Under the pieces are notes generated by a model, which was given only the letters and a program-made list of their open reading frames with translations, was not told the DNA's origin and did no database searches. From Octopus vulgaris (lineage: Eukaryota), in NCBI GenBank assembly GCA_951406725.2, contig OX597836.1:2542001-2606000 (forward strand): a stretch of 64,000 nucleotides of DNA. The letters run 5' to 3'. Shown here in pieces: positions 28,643-43,583 of the stretch; position 1 is the first letter of the stretch, and each line of letters begins with the position of its first letter. A program made the translations under genes and the position numbers.

Positions 28643-30661
28643 CGAGAGGGAGAGAGTAAGTGATAAGAGAGAGAGAGAGAGGATGAAAGGTTTAATGAGA
28701 GATAAAATATAGATTAATAAATATAGAGAGAAAATGGTTAGAGGGAGAGAGAGAGAGAGAAAATGAAAAAGAAAGAGAATGAAAGAGAATCAGAGTGGGA
28801 AGGGGAAGATAGTATTGATTGATAGAGAGAAGGGGAAAGAGAATGAGTAAAGAAAACAGTGGAAGAGATAGAGAAAGTAATAGAATGAAGCATTGAAAAT
28901 GAGGGAAGAACAGAGCTTCATTGAGAGTGTCGGCGAAGGAAGCGGTTCATTGCGTAGCACCAAGAGAGAAAGAGAGAAGAAGTGAAAGAAAGACAGAAAG
29001 AAAGAAAGAAAGAGAACGAGGATGCGGAGAGGATATAGAGAAAGGGATTAATAAAGGAGATGAACAAAAGAGAATAAAATGATGAAGGAGGATAGGAAAG
29101 AGTTAAAGAAAGAGTGGGATGGAAGAATGTGTGAGAGGGTTTGATTGAGATGGTGGGGAGAGACGTGAGGTTGCGATGTAGGTGTGCTTCCTTTCAACTT
29201 TTCTCTATGTCATCTTTGTGTGTGTATGTAGATGTGTTAGGTGGTGATTGGCATGGGATTATATTTGGATTGTTGAAAGGACATGGATGGTTAGATAGAT
29301 GGAATTGTGGTTAAATGGTCGGGGGTTGGTTGGGGAGGATGGATGCTGCTGCTGCAGCCTTCGTAAGTGAATAGTTAAATGGATGGTTTCGTTGGAAGCT
29401 GGCTTGATTAGATGGTTGTTTGGTAGTTGCTGTTGCTGTTGAACCCGCAAGTCAACACTAAACAGATCAACGCTAAAACATGGTCCATCCATCACAACTC
29501 ATCGCCTGGGAATTGAAGCACTTCATAGTCAAACATGTGTTTCCATACTTTTTATAAAATTTTTATTCATTATTTTTTATCTTTATTTTTATTTAAATAG
29601 ACAAAACATGTGATTAGAGGTACATATGCCTACTATATCTAGGACATAAGTTGACCATGGAGTGGCTCTCCTAAGAGTTGTCAGTTCGTCACTATATTGG
29701 GGGAAACAGGGTTATTATATAGGTACATGATTAGGTACATATATATCATGTCGTTGGTGGAATTTGAGGGAATTTGACTGCTATTTCTTGAAGGTCAAAT
29801 ATGTTACATAATTAATACATGATGTCGACGAAAGTATTTTTAGACAAAGAAGCTTAACCAGAGCGTTTTCTCTGCGCTGTAAGCACCCCGCTTTCTAGCT
29901 GACCCGATTTCCTGGATTTCAGACTGAACTGACAAATTCCACTTCAGAGAAAAAAGAGAAGAGGTAGAAGGGGATTAGGAGACTGTTAAACAGAGTGAGA
30001 GAGAGAGAGAGAGAGGAAGGAGAGTGAGGAGGGAGTAACACTATTTCTTGGAACTGAAGAGAAGGAAGTAGAATAAAATGAAGCGTGAAATAGAAGCGTA
30101 GAACTGAAAGAGAAATAGATAAAAGGAGGAAGGATACAGATAAGGTTGGCGAATAGTTCAAGCAATGATTGAGATGAAAGCGGGAAATGATGCGTCTGAT
30201 AGGAAGATAAATCTATAGGAAAGAGAGATGAAGAGCGAGAAAGTGGGTTAAAAGAAAGTGAAAGGCATGGAAAGTATCACATAGTTATGGATTAAAGAGG
30301 ATGATCTTTCTTAATAATATAAGACTTTCACTTCATGAAACTGTGAATGCTTTCAAATTAACAGCGTTCATGGCTTTCATTCGGAATGTTATTGTTTTAA
30401 ATTAAGCTTTTACTCTTTTGTATTGTCTTCCTGCTGTTCAATTATGCTTCTGTCGCCATTGTTTTTACTCATGTTTGTGTAGCGTGCGAGAATAGTGATC
30501 AATGATACAACTTCCCCGATCACATACACGCTGGAAGTACCACAGGGTCAAATAACATGTCTTCCTTGGGCAACAAATGTGATGAAACCAGCTACGGTTT
30601 CAGAAATAGAAATCGGTTCGTTATCAAAAAAGACCGTGTGAAAAAGGCCAACTGCCATCAA

Positions 30662-30667
30662 ATTATA

Positions 30668-30700
<33 letters not shown>

Positions 30701-31235
30701 GTCATTATTCACCATTTGGCAATATTCTAATCCGTCACCTGCTACACTTTCGTTTTGCAGGAAGGTCTGCAGTATTTTGTTTTCTTTGTTGTTGGGTGTG
30801 TGTAAACACTACCCTGTATTTTATTGTAACTTTCTTTACTTTATGGAGCGTGGTGCAGTCTTATCTTGTATTAGTATTTGTAGTGTGGATTGTGTATGTA
30901 ATGCATTGAGTATCCAACCTACTGGTGATAGTTTATTTCATTGGATATTTGCTGTATAAAGTGTATTTTGTGTTCCAGGATTGTTTTGTTTAGGTTATAT
31001 TATTGATTTGATAGTGTCTTGCGCAGTATGTGGCTTGTACTTAGCAGGGCCATTTTGGGACACTGTGTAGTGGTGAGGATCCAGGTATAGCTTCTACGTT
31101 TTTGTTCATTTGTTTTTCTTACCATGCCCAATGCTCCAATTATTACTGGTATTCTTTTCACCTTTATGTCCAATATCTTGACAACTTCAGTTTCGATGTC
31201 TTTGTACCTTCACTATATCTCCATTTTCTTTTCGA
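30662..31235 (-). mobile_element. R4/Dong-clade 3' remnant between (TAA)n tracts
   Basis: Minus strand RYKDIETEVVKILDIKVKRIPVIIGALGMVRK/QMNKNVEAIPG.../KMALLSTSHILRKTLSNQ* (about 31210-31000, frameshifted), then about 300 bp of UTR and (TAA)n. Confidence 0.85.
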
Positions 31236-31246
31236 CATCATCATCA

Positions 31247-31317
<71 letters not shown>

Positions 31318-31319
31318 TT

Positions 31320-31425
31320 CATTATCATCTTCTTCCAATTCTGTTTCCATTTGCTGCCGAGTGTCTTCGTGACATCTAGGGCAGAGAAACACACTGCATA
31401 CATTGATAGGCCATTAAAATGAACA
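31320..31425 (-). mobile_element. R4/Dong 3'-UTR-only remnant between (TAA)n tracts
   Basis: Shares TTCTCTGCCCTAG.TGT...G.A.ACACTCGGC with the UTR of the element at 56155-56390. Confidence 0.7.
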
Positions 31426-31488
<63 letters not shown>

Positions 31489-31589
31489 TACCATCATCAC
31501 CATCATCATCATCATCATCATTATTACAGTCAACTGGTAAGTTTTTTTTTCTATTGACTTTTGTCATGAAAGTTATTTCTTGCTTGGTG

Positions 31590-31797
31590 TCTTCGTGGAA
31601 TAGATTCAACAGGTTCGGTTAATGCTTTTTCATGCTTCGCTTCTAAATGACGAGGAATTTTGGTTGGCTTCATGCTTTCATTGGGAAATGCTTCACAACA
31701 CACAACACATAGCTTCTTCTCTTCGCTTCCACCGTTGCACCATATAATTCCCAATGATATGTTCTCACCACAATATTTACGAGTTTTCCGTTTTCAA
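31590..31797 (-). pseudogene. hAT (Buster/Charlie, ZBED5/SCAND3-like) transposase N-terminal BED zinc-finger remnant
   Basis: KRKTRKYCGENISLGIIW...LCVVCCEAFPNESMKPTKIPRHLEAKH matches the RKY..YL.FGF...CVVC.E.L.NESMKPSKL.RHL.TKH family motif. Confidence 0.85.
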
Positions 31798-32356
31798 ACC
31801 AGAACCACTACATTTTTTTTTTATTTCTTAAACACGTTTTATCTACCTGTATTTTCATTATTCATTTCGTTTTAATGTGCTTCCGTTATTTTTTTTTGTC
31901 ATTTTGTTTTCGTATTTTCCTTTCAATCTATAATTACCTGGGGATTATACAGCGAGATTCGTACAGAACTCGTTTTCCATTGATATGTCTCATACTGCTA
32001 TGAAAAGTATAATTCATATACATGTACCGTACAGAGTTTATACAAATATGTTGCGTTCAAATATTTTTATATTAATACCGGTCAAAACAATCAGGCTTCA
32101 TGCATTTATGTCCCGTTACGTTAATGGTGATAAAAGTTGGTTTCCGGTTCAGAATATGCAAGGCAAAATACCATGTAGCGTATTCACAATATTCTGTATT
32201 CGCAACTAGAAATTTTAAGATGGCTATGCCATTGATATCATCGCTAATTAGATGATGCGTTAAAGTCACGTAATTACGCAAAAACATAAGTAATAGCTAG
32301 GTCCATTCAGAATGTAAATTCGATTTCATACTATAGATAGATTCTTTATCAGCCTT

Positions 32357-32556
32357 ATTCTTTTCTACTCTAGGTAAAAGGCCCGAAAATTTTTGAGAGG
32401 GCGCCATTCGGTTAGATCGACCCCAGTATGCAACTGACCCCGAAAGGAGGCCAAAAGCAAAGTCGACCTCGGCGGAATTTGAACTAAGAACGTAAAGGCA
32501 GATGAAATGCCGTTAAGCATTTCACCCGGCGTGCTGACGTTTCTGCCAGTTCACCC
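32357..32556 (-). mobile_element. SINE family 1 with tail B
   Basis: AAAGTCGACCTCGGCGGAATTTGAACT and head homology. Confidence 0.85.
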
Positions 32557-32728
32557 GCGCGTATATATATAAAGTCAACGAGATATGCGTATTGGCATGT
32601 GTGTGTGCGTGTGTTTTTCTATTTGTATGTATGTGTGTGCTCCGAGAGTTCGCACAGTATTTGTGGGGAAGATTTTAACGCTGGCTAGATCCAATTCTGT
32701 TCTTAATCTCTTTCGAACTACCATGCAA

Positions 32729-32921
32729 TACGAAGGGGTGCTGAAAAATTCCTGGTTTTAAGGGCACCACAAAAGTCCCGGTTGCAGGTCCGATCGTCCG
32801 AGTTCATTTACGGGCTTTCGAAAACCTGAAGAACCGCTGCCAATAAGTGTGTGAATCTGGGAGGCGTATATGTTCAATAAAATCATCATAAACCGATCCA
32901 CTGTACTTTCTTTTACCCAAG
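32729..32921 (+). mobile_element. Internally deleted mariner remnant
   Basis: TA-CGAAGGGGTGCTGAAAAATTCC TIR-like start and C-terminal peptide NKCVNLGGVYVQ* (mariner RWxKCxxxxGxYVE). The right TIR is missing. Confidence 0.7.
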
Positions 32922-34117
32922 AATAGCTACGGTTTTAAGATAAAAACTAATCAACAGGTTAAATTGCAACAATTTGTGATTAAATGATGTAACCTCAGAA
33001 TTACTAAATGTTCCAGATTATCAATCCGATCATAGTTGCTGAAAATTGTGTGGGTTGCGTGCGTAGATAAATGACTAAAAGATATCTCCCTCAACGATGT
33101 TGTTTCTATGTTATCTCTCGACTTCTAGAGATAACTGCCAAAACGTTCTTAAATCATATCTCCTTAAAATGTGAAACGTTCGTTTGCTAATCTAGTCGTG
33201 AATGCTTTACAGACAAAGGCGAATAAAGTCGTATGTCGATAGAGTGAATTTAGCTAATCATATGTGCGTCTGCTCAATCAACAGACATATAAGGCAACGC
33301 ACAAAAATTACAATTAACAATTACATCAACGGGGCGTCACAAATTTCTCTCTCCGCGAACGATGTTAGCTATGTCTATTAACAGAATGTAACACATGTGT
33401 TCAGTTAAATATAAGTTGCTGCTGTTTAACGAAGACTGCAACATAATTTACTCGCTTCTGCTTCCATTGCATTGCTAAGTTTCTTATGTGTGTATTGCGC
33501 AGTAACAATTACGTAGAACATGATAAACTAGTATTAATAATGAATTTAACGGTCGAGAGGAATGATAAGAAAAACATTAAGCACTTCAAAAGAAATGAAA
33601 TTAAGATAAATTGAATAGAGAAATTGTTTTCGACCGGGAGACTGCGTAAAGCTATCCTCTCCTAAACTGAAAGCAATATTTCAGTTTGTTTTTACTAATT
33701 AATTATTTAATAGATATTATTTAATAAGAAATTTACTCACTGTTGTTAGGAAAGTTAAGTTTGTTGAAAGATTTCGACATATATGCTCAAGATAATACAT
33801 ACTTGTATATCTGCCATATGTGCACAGGTGATCGACAAACATATCTAGTTTTCTCTAGATAAATAGGTGTGTAGTCGCGTACAGGTGTGTAGTCTGTGAG
33901 TATATTGACTCATATAGAAGAAAGCTGTAGGATGCAAGGATTATACCGCGAACAAATGAAAGTCAACATTTGAGAATGAATTCCAATGACTTCGGCGATT
34001 CAGAGTCGATACGACAAATACCAGTTATTCACTGGTTCGATCTAAATCGATTACAACGTTCCTCGAAACTGTTCACCTTGTACCAAAATTTGAAACAAAT
34101 ATGGCTTCGTTGATTAT

Positions 34118-34258
34118 GGCAGCAAGTTTGTAGAATGGTTAGCAGGCTGGGCGAAATGTTTAGCAGCATTTCGTCTGCCGTTACGTTCTGTGTTCAAAGT
34201 CCGCCGTGGTTGACTTTGCCTTTCGTCCTTTCGCGGTCGATATACTAAGTACCAGTAC
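34118..34258 (+). mobile_element. SINE family 1, head and body only
   Basis: GGGCGAAATGTTTAGCAGCATTTCGTCTGCCGTTACGTTCTG.GTTCAAA... homology. Confidence 0.85.
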
Positions 34259-34954
34259 TGTTGGCCTCCGATCTCTTTACGAATCACAGCAAGAGAGGAT
34301 ACGTCATCAATCTCATAACATTTACGCACAATTAAAACGCGCAACACCTCTTCTGTACGCATAAGAAATATTTTGGTATTTCTATTGGCAACAAGAAAAC
34401 GTAACGCTTACGTAATGAGATCGCACTGAGTATCCTATTGCCCAGAATTTTGAAGGAATGGTTTCTTGTAATGATTTGATATACAAAATGCAACACACTT
34501 CCAATCATGGCTGTATACAGATAGTGAAAATCTATCAGGACACTGGTTGTAACTCTGTCATTTATGGAAACTAATAGCAACAGTGAAAAATATGGTTAAT
34601 TCCAGAACGTTCCTTCATCTATTTATCTCTTTTCCATCACTTAAAAAAAATGCAAATTCAATTTCTGTTTCTTTTTAGCTTTTATGTATCTTTTCATGTA
34701 AATTTTGTTTTATATTTCTTGAGGTTTTCTTATGTTGGATGTAATTAGCTTACTTTTATTACTTGTTAATGTATCTGAATAATTTTTCTGATTTTTTTTT
34801 TCTTTTAGCGATATGAAGCACTCGGTTAGAAAGTTGATCAGGATGTGTTATCATAATTAGTTGTGATAAATATTTCGCTTACAACCATTTCAGATATTCT
34901 TATTTTAAATTGACTTTAATATAATTTTCTTGTGCATAAAACATATTGAATATG

Positions 34955-35052
<98 letters not shown>

Positions 35053-36264
35053 TCTGCGTATATGTACACACAGAGACATACATACACACATCACACGCAT
35101 GATGCATACGTGCACACATATGCAAGACGATTATGTACATGTCAGAAGAGAAAGTGTTCATGTATACGCAAATACATGTTTTCACATTGTACTCCGACTG
35201 ATTCTGGAAATAACACAAGATACAAATAAGGAATGTATAATTCACCAGTGCTTAAAATTGTCTTTCATTGTCGTATGGAAGTTCAGAAAGTTTGTTCTTG
35301 TTCTTTCGGAAATGCAAGATTGTACAAACAAGTGCAACAACATTCTCTTCATTTGCATCATCGTGGGTAATAATTTATATTATGGGTCGCTGCCCTTACA
35401 GTTACGATACAATAACTCAAACAGACACATGTTCATGGTCAGCACAGAATGTTATAGTATAACCTCGTTTTCATATTGCTCAAACCTGTATATTTTACAT
35501 TAAACAGAGAAAACAACGGTAGTTTATGGCTTCGGCATTGGAAAAAGCTTCCCAAAATAAGTACAAGGAGAGCAAGGTCACCCAGTATAGAACATCCCCT
35601 GAGTAGGAAAATCTATTTTGGATCAATGTTGCCTCAATCTAATTTGAAAGATTGTGCACAGGTAGAAGTAGAAAAGGCGAAAACGGTGGTTGTGCTCGCC
35701 CTGTGTTTGCCACGAGAAGGAACATGAGAGAAGAAAAAGACGTGGAACATTTCTTTAATTATTTGGGTGGCTGGAAACCCATTGTTAAAAACCATGAAAG
35801 TTCTCAAGATCATTATATGATATATATATATACATACATACACACATATGTATCCATGCATACAAGCGTGTGTGGGTGTGTGTGTGTGTGCGAGAGTGTA
35901 CGAGTGTGTGTATTTGTGTGTGCTTGTGCTGTGCATGTATATTATATACGTTTCCATTTACATGAATATGTGTGTGTGTGTGTGATTGTGTGCGTGCATG
36001 TGTGTGTGTGAAAACGTATACAAAATGTATACACATCAACAAGCATACACAAATAAACACGCTCGATCACACACACACACGCACACATGCAAATGTATGC
36101 ATAGAGACACAACTCTCACACATGCATGCACACAAACACATACACGAAAATACACGCAGAAACGCACGTACAGACACACACAGAACAGATATATATGTAT
36201 GCATGTATGTATGTATATGTATATGTGTGTATGTACATATTATGTGTGTGCATATATGTATATA

Positions 36265-36296
<32 letters not shown>

Positions 36297-36332
36297 CATA
36301 TATATATATAAATATATACAAATATATATATA

Positions 36333-36387
<55 letters not shown>

Positions 36388-36680
36388 GTGTGTGTGTGTG
36401 TGAGTATATATATATATATATAGATATACATATTATTCGCTGTCTCTGTGCCTTTTCGTAAGAGTAGCTCTGGATCCGTTTGTATTCACATGCCTAAGTT
36501 TCTATAATCATAACATTTTCGTTTTCTTTTTACAGGAACCGCTCGCCTTATGTAAGGCTTCCTGACTGATATATAGGGTTATCTGATATATAGCAGAGAA
36601 GCCGGGGTATATTACACTATGGAAGCCTTAACAAGACAGATATCACTCCAGCTTAGAAATCTCAACTCTCTATGTTCCTG

Positions 36681-36713
<33 letters not shown>

Positions 36714-37044
36714 TTATCTCTCTCTCTCTCTCGCTTCTCTCATAAACTCTCGCTCGCTGTCATCTATTATCTCATTTGGTCTCTTCTCCTATCTCTCTCT
36801 TACACACACGTGAATCCTCGCCTGTTCATATATAAAAGATAAAACACTACCACAAACACATGAATTGGAAAGTTAAATCATATATGATGGGTGAGACATA
36901 CACACATCCATTTTGATTAATAAAAATTCACAAATATACAAAGATACAAGCAGATACATCCACACACATACATATATCTGGACAGGGTTAAAATCCAAAC
37001 TGTGTCATATTAATACCAAAATATATTCCAATATCCTCTTTTGG

Positions 37045-37287
<243 letters not shown>

Positions 37288-38844
37288 GATAAAAGAAATG
37301 GTTTTCCTTTTTGAGCAAATGCAAAGAACTAACCTGTTTTGAAATGATCATAGCAACAATCAAATAGTGAAAAAGAAACCACGTAGGAAAATTACCTTAG
37401 ATACACCATGACAACGAAAGAACGCAGAGTCAGCTATCGTAGACTGTGGAACTATCGAGAGAAACTCTAGTGGGCTTTCGAAGTGAACCAAGACCTATAC
37501 CAGTTCTACAAAAAAAAAAAAAAAAAAAAGCAAGGTAAGATTCCTTCGATTGGCTGCAAGTTGAGACTTAAAGAATTTTGGAATAAGAAATACACAATAT
37601 TCTCAAATTTTACAGAGAAACATTTTCGCCAGCAAGCTGCTTTTGCTGAAAAGAATTATGCCATTCTACATTCATGCATAAAGCATTGCTATATGCGAAG
37701 TTGAAAAAAAGCTTGGTCAGAATAGAACAACACGTAGTGGAGACTTCGTAACAGTAAATTCTATAGATGGAAGATAGAGAAAAATAAGACGCAACAGAAA
37801 TAGAGAAACTCAGAGACATTAACTAAGCTAATTTCTTGTACTTTAACAAATCTTCTTTGGAAATGCGAAGATAAATATGGAAAGGTAGGCTTTAACGATG
37901 AGCTAAGCTGAAGTAGAACAGCTTTCATTCCCTGCCTCCTTCTCTCCGTCTGCTCTCTTCCTCTCTATCCTCTCATTTCCTCTGTCTGTCTCTTTCCATC
38001 TCTGTCTCTCCACCTTTCTTTTTCTTCTATTTCTCTCTCACTCTTTCTCTTCCTTTTTTTTTCTTCCATCAGCCAGTTAATGAAACAGTATCCTGTAGAA
38101 AACGTGAAGATGTTATTAGAGAATATTAATTGTTCCGTAGTTAAGCATCACGGTTTGCGTCCATTTACTGATAATGTTATTACTAGACTTGTCTAAGCTC
38201 TGATCCAAAGGAATTATAATATAATATATATTAAGCATGAACCCTGTATGACCCTTGCCATCTGTTAGGGTTACTTATGGCTGCTTTATTTAATTAGTTA
38301 ATTATCCATACAAAAGCTATCAGTATCAGATTTTGTCATCACTTTATTACCAGTTCTTGGCAGTAATGTGCTTAACAAGAAAACGAAGAAGACGTACGCA
38401 CTTAGCCGGTGGCGCTAATGGCGCGTTATCTCAGCTACGAGAAACAATAAAAGTTACATATACAAATAAATGTATGTGATTGTATACACACACACACACA
38501 CACACACACATGCTTTTCTTGCTGTATTGCATGTATTTGTTTCTTTTTTGCTTCTGTGATTATATTTTTCATCTTCTATATAAATGAAGATATTTCCTTC
38601 ATTCTGCTGTTTTTCCTTCTATGAAATGAGGAGATGCATTACGGAACTGTCATTTTAATGAATTGTATTTATTTATAGCCAGATAAGACACATCTGCATC
38701 AGCGGATACTCCTGAATCATTTATAAAGTATCCCAGACATGGGGCGGGGGGTGTTCAGTGCTAGATGTGTCGAAACAATTGTCGTGATTAATAATAAAAA
38801 TTCTCGTAGCTTCCATTTTCCGACGCTTATTTCTTTTTTTCATT

Positions 38845-39002
38845 CTTTCATTCTTTTTCTTGTTTCAGTTATTTGACTGCGACCAAGCTGGATCACCGTC
38901 TTTTTGCCGATCCGATAAGTTACAGGGTCGTAAACACACCAGCATCGGTTGTCAAGTGATGTTTGGGGGACAAACACAGACAAACACACACATACATACC
39001 AT

Positions 39003-39035
<33 letters not shown>

Positions 39036-39195
39036 CGACGGGCTTCGTTTAGTTTCCATCTACCAAATCCACTCACATTGATTTGGTCGACTCGAGGCTA
39101 TAGTAGAAGACACGTGCACAAGGTGCCGTGCAGCGGGACTGAACCCAGAACCATGTGGTTCGTAAGCAAGCTACTTACCACACACCCACTCTTGT
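38845..39195 (-). mobile_element. SINE family 2, near full length with internal (TA)/(TG) microsatellite
   Basis: tRNA-like head GTGTGGTAAG...GGTTCAGTCCC, CORE-like body, microsatellite linker and tail; colinear with 57710-58095. Confidence 0.85.
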
Positions 39196-39198
39196 GTA

Positions 39199-39286
<88 letters not shown>

Positions 39287-39735
39287 CATACATATATACA
39301 TATATATATATACATATATACACACACATATATATATACACATACACATACAAACATGTGTGTGTATTTGTGTGTACGTGTGTGCATGCTTGCGTGTGTG
39401 TGTGTGTGTTTGTACATGAATATGTGTTTGTACGTTGAATAAGATACAAAGAAAAATATTGAGTAACCCAATTATTGCGGACAATAAGAAAGCAGCCAGA
39501 ACATGAATACCGTTTCATGTTTTGTGAGTGTTGAATCCATCTTTATATAAATTCAACGTTATCAGCCCCAACGAAAGCAGCAATAATGTTCGGCTAAACG
39601 GTTATAATTTATTTGCTCTACAAACGGACAATAAATCCTTTTTCCAACTTTCTCAGTACGCAGAAACGTACATTTGTTTTTGTTTTTATATTTCCTGTTT
39701 ATTCGATTTCTTACTGCATCGACCATCCTGAAAAG

Positions 39736-39791
<56 letters not shown>

Positions 39792-41592
39792 AGAAAGAAA
39801 ATACTTGCAGCAGTTTGATAGAGTATGTATGCATTATATTTATATTATTCGTAATATGTTGCTTATTATATCAGTTATAGAGTAATTGATCCTGCAACAA
39901 TCAAAGAGCTATTTATGCAAATCGAACGTGCCGAGTTATTGAAGTTCTTATTTATAGTTAATATATCAAATATAAACTTTATTTTTCGTTCGAAAGGTGA
40001 AGGCGCGTGTTTGGCCTTTTGGCCTGAAAAGAGAGACTCAAGCAGAACTCATATTGACGAGGTTATTCGTCCCATCGTCTGTCTACTTATAAAGTAGAAT
40101 ACGAACATTTGTTTATTCGATTAAAAGGTTCCAGCTGTAATAAATTCATGTTCTGCTTCATAAAAATTCCTTCTGCACTTCCCTTATATATTCACTAATG
40201 TAAGTTGGCTTTTCTCAATTGGGATATTATTATATGTGGCAACTTTAGATCATGTGTACCTATGTGGATTTTCTATAGAATCCAAAGCCAGCACTGCAGG
40301 ATCCGACGTTTCAAATACCAATACGTCTATATAAACAATGCGAATGAAGATTGCAAATATAAGTAATGGGTGACTATGCACATTTCATGACTTATTGACT
40401 TTTCGTCAGTACCATATTCAACCCATTAGATGTCCACAAACGCATTACTTAAATACTCCAAACTTTTACCAGTGCAACTCAATTGGTTGGACCAATTTAC
40501 TTATTGGCAACTGTTATGTATGTTCTAATTGCTGGTAAGTATACAATATATTGCTTTTAAATCATAATATATTCCCAAGTAATTTAAATGTTTAGTCAAT
40601 ATTGTGACTCCCCCATTTTGTGTTAGCAATGCGATATTCTAATGTTTTACTTTATCGCTATAAATGTTTTATTTAGTTCAGAGACAGCAATGCAACTTAC
40701 AGCGTTTCGTATACGAATGGATCTATGTATATCGCATTCGTATACGAAACGACGTAACTTCTAGTGTTGCCTCTGATTTATATAAGAAACGTACTTCTAG
40801 ATTATTCGACGGACAAAAGACAGCTCCATCGACGCTCCTTCTTGACAGAAATGTTAGAAACATGCTTTGCATTATATCACCAGTGCTCTTTATATTTCCG
40901 GTAAAAATTCAAATCAAATTTGACATTTATCTGTTCGTAATCGTTAAAATTCCGTGCCAGTGAAACAGTGGCACCGTCTAAAATCTTTCCCTCAGAGTTA
41001 CTATCCATTTGACAAAAACAGATACGAATACAGCAAGGCAGGCAGCGTAGCGAAATCGAAAGGGTGTCGCAAATAATTCACTCAGAACAACTTTCGGCTC
41101 TTCATACTTTGAATTCAAAATCTACCTTTTGTGGTGGATAAAATACCTGTCAAGGAAAACAGTCATTAGATATCGTCATACAGCCTTTACTTAAACTTGC
41201 TATTCTTGTACAAAACTCTAAGATAAATATTATTATGAATGCTGATTCTCGTTAAAATATGTTTTTTTTTGCTGGTGAGTTTTTATGATGGTTTCGAACC
41301 CTGTGAGAGACATTTGAACGTCTTGCTACTCTAGCTGTCTCATTTCTCTCTATACCGATTCCTTTATAGGATTTTTTGCATTTTATTCAACCAATGTATG
41401 TACATACATATATACCCGAACATTAACTAACACATATGTGCATAACCGCACAGAAAACTATACATACATCTCTCTCTATATATATCTTTCTCTCTCTCTC
41501 TTTCTTTCTCTTTATATATATATATATGTATTTATGTATGTGTATGTGTACATGTATATGTCTGTATTCATGAATGTATATATACCTATATA

Positions 41593-41647
<55 letters not shown>

Positions 41648-42282
41648 ATGTGTGTATGTATGTATGTATGTATATATGTATGTATGTATGCATATGTATA
41701 CACACACACACATATACACGTACATACGTGCACAATCACGCACACATATATATGTTTTGGTTAATTGTGTTTTTCTTTCAACAGACTCCATACATTAGTC
41801 CCATTGAACGCGAGCGTATGTCGCTTTTGTTTTCTTGTATAAAAGAGGTTTTTGTAGCTAGGTACGTCACCGCCAGTTTTTTCCTTTCTTTTTTCTTCAT
41901 CATGGCGGTATTTGAAGAATAAGAACATTACGAAGTGAAACTACTAATGAGAAAGTTGAAAAGAAAAATAAAAAAAACGGAGAAAAGCGTAGACAGACAA
42001 GAAATCAACAATGGTTCGGCAGGAACAAAGAAGAAAGAAGTAAAAGAAGAAACGAATGGGTTAAAAGAAGAACAAGAGAAGGAGGAAGAGGAAGAGGAGT
42101 GAGGCTGGGAAGAAGAAACGGCAAATAACAGAGTGAATCGAAGTCATTTACTGGAAGATTGCTTCGCCAAAACTTCGCCATTTTCAACATGTGTGCAAAG
42201 TCAAAGAGAGGGAAAATTAGCCAAATCAGCACAAAACATAAATATCTAAAGGTATGACTGGGTATTTATGTGTCTCTCCCCC

Positions 42283-42325
<43 letters not shown>

Positions 42326-42406
42326 TGTGTTCGCGTGTGTGTGTAGATATGTATCAATCATTCAATCAATCGCTTTATGTATCTATCCATCGATATTTAT
42401 ATATGC

Positions 42407-42441
<35 letters not shown>

Positions 42442-42513
42442 CATATATGTGTAAGTGTATGCATATGCATAAATATATATACATATATGTATATTACACA
42501 CACATGAATATAT

Positions 42514-42572
<59 letters not shown>

Positions 42573-42994
42573 AAGCTATCTGTGTATGTATGCAAATATA
42601 GAGAGAGAGAGAGAGAGGAGAGACATGTCTGTACATATCCATTTATTTATCAGCAGAAACGGAAATATATATTATTAAGATTTATTCCACTAATTCCATT
42701 TTCTGTATTGAGGACCCAATCAGTAGATGATCGTTTGCAAATCTCAAATTTAATTTGAAATAATAAACCACCTTTAAATATTTATATCTCTGTGCGTTTG
42801 TGTCCCTTCGACTGTGAGTGTGTGTCTGTACCATTTCCCTCCTACAACTGCATACACGTATACACACGCATACACAAATATAAATGATATGATATATATA
42901 TATACACATATATATGTGTGTGTGTATGTGTGTGTGTGTGTGTGTGTGTATGTATTTATATATGCATGCATATATCAATGTGTATGCGTGTATG

Positions 42995-43108
<114 letters not shown>

Positions 43109-43583
43109 TATATGTATATGTATATGAGGAGAGTGCGAGACGCTAGGGAATATATACTGTAGCGAGGGAGAAAGAGAGAAAAATAAGAATAGAATTAAAT
43201 AGATGTAGATCAAAGAAAGAATGAAAGAAATGGAAAAAGCTTAACTTAGAACCGACGGCTTCCATTGTGGTTCAATTAATTACAAGACAAACGCATTTAC
43301 TACAGATGTCTGACAAGTTGAACGAAGTGAAGACGTGATATAAGTGTGAACTTCTCCAAGAGTGTTTGTATATCGCAGTATAATGTACATTCTTATACAC
43401 ATAGACACACAAACACACACACACACACAAATACATAAACACACATACATAGTGTGTGGGTGGCTAAGCACCTACATTTCTAGAAATAAGAGTTAAAATC
43501 CTCTTAATGCTGTACGAAGAGGGCAGATGCATACACATACGATGAAAGGGGAGGTAGCCACCCCATGGCTGACTCGAAAAACC

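Noticed and set aside
34946-35727. 185-aa ORF and neighbours
   Set aside because: Starts in (AT)n, and the remainder has no domain features.
37550-37704. Possible hAT dimerisation-domain remnant (EFWNKKY)
   Set aside because: Only a short FW motif; the STYLCE/FS motif is absent.
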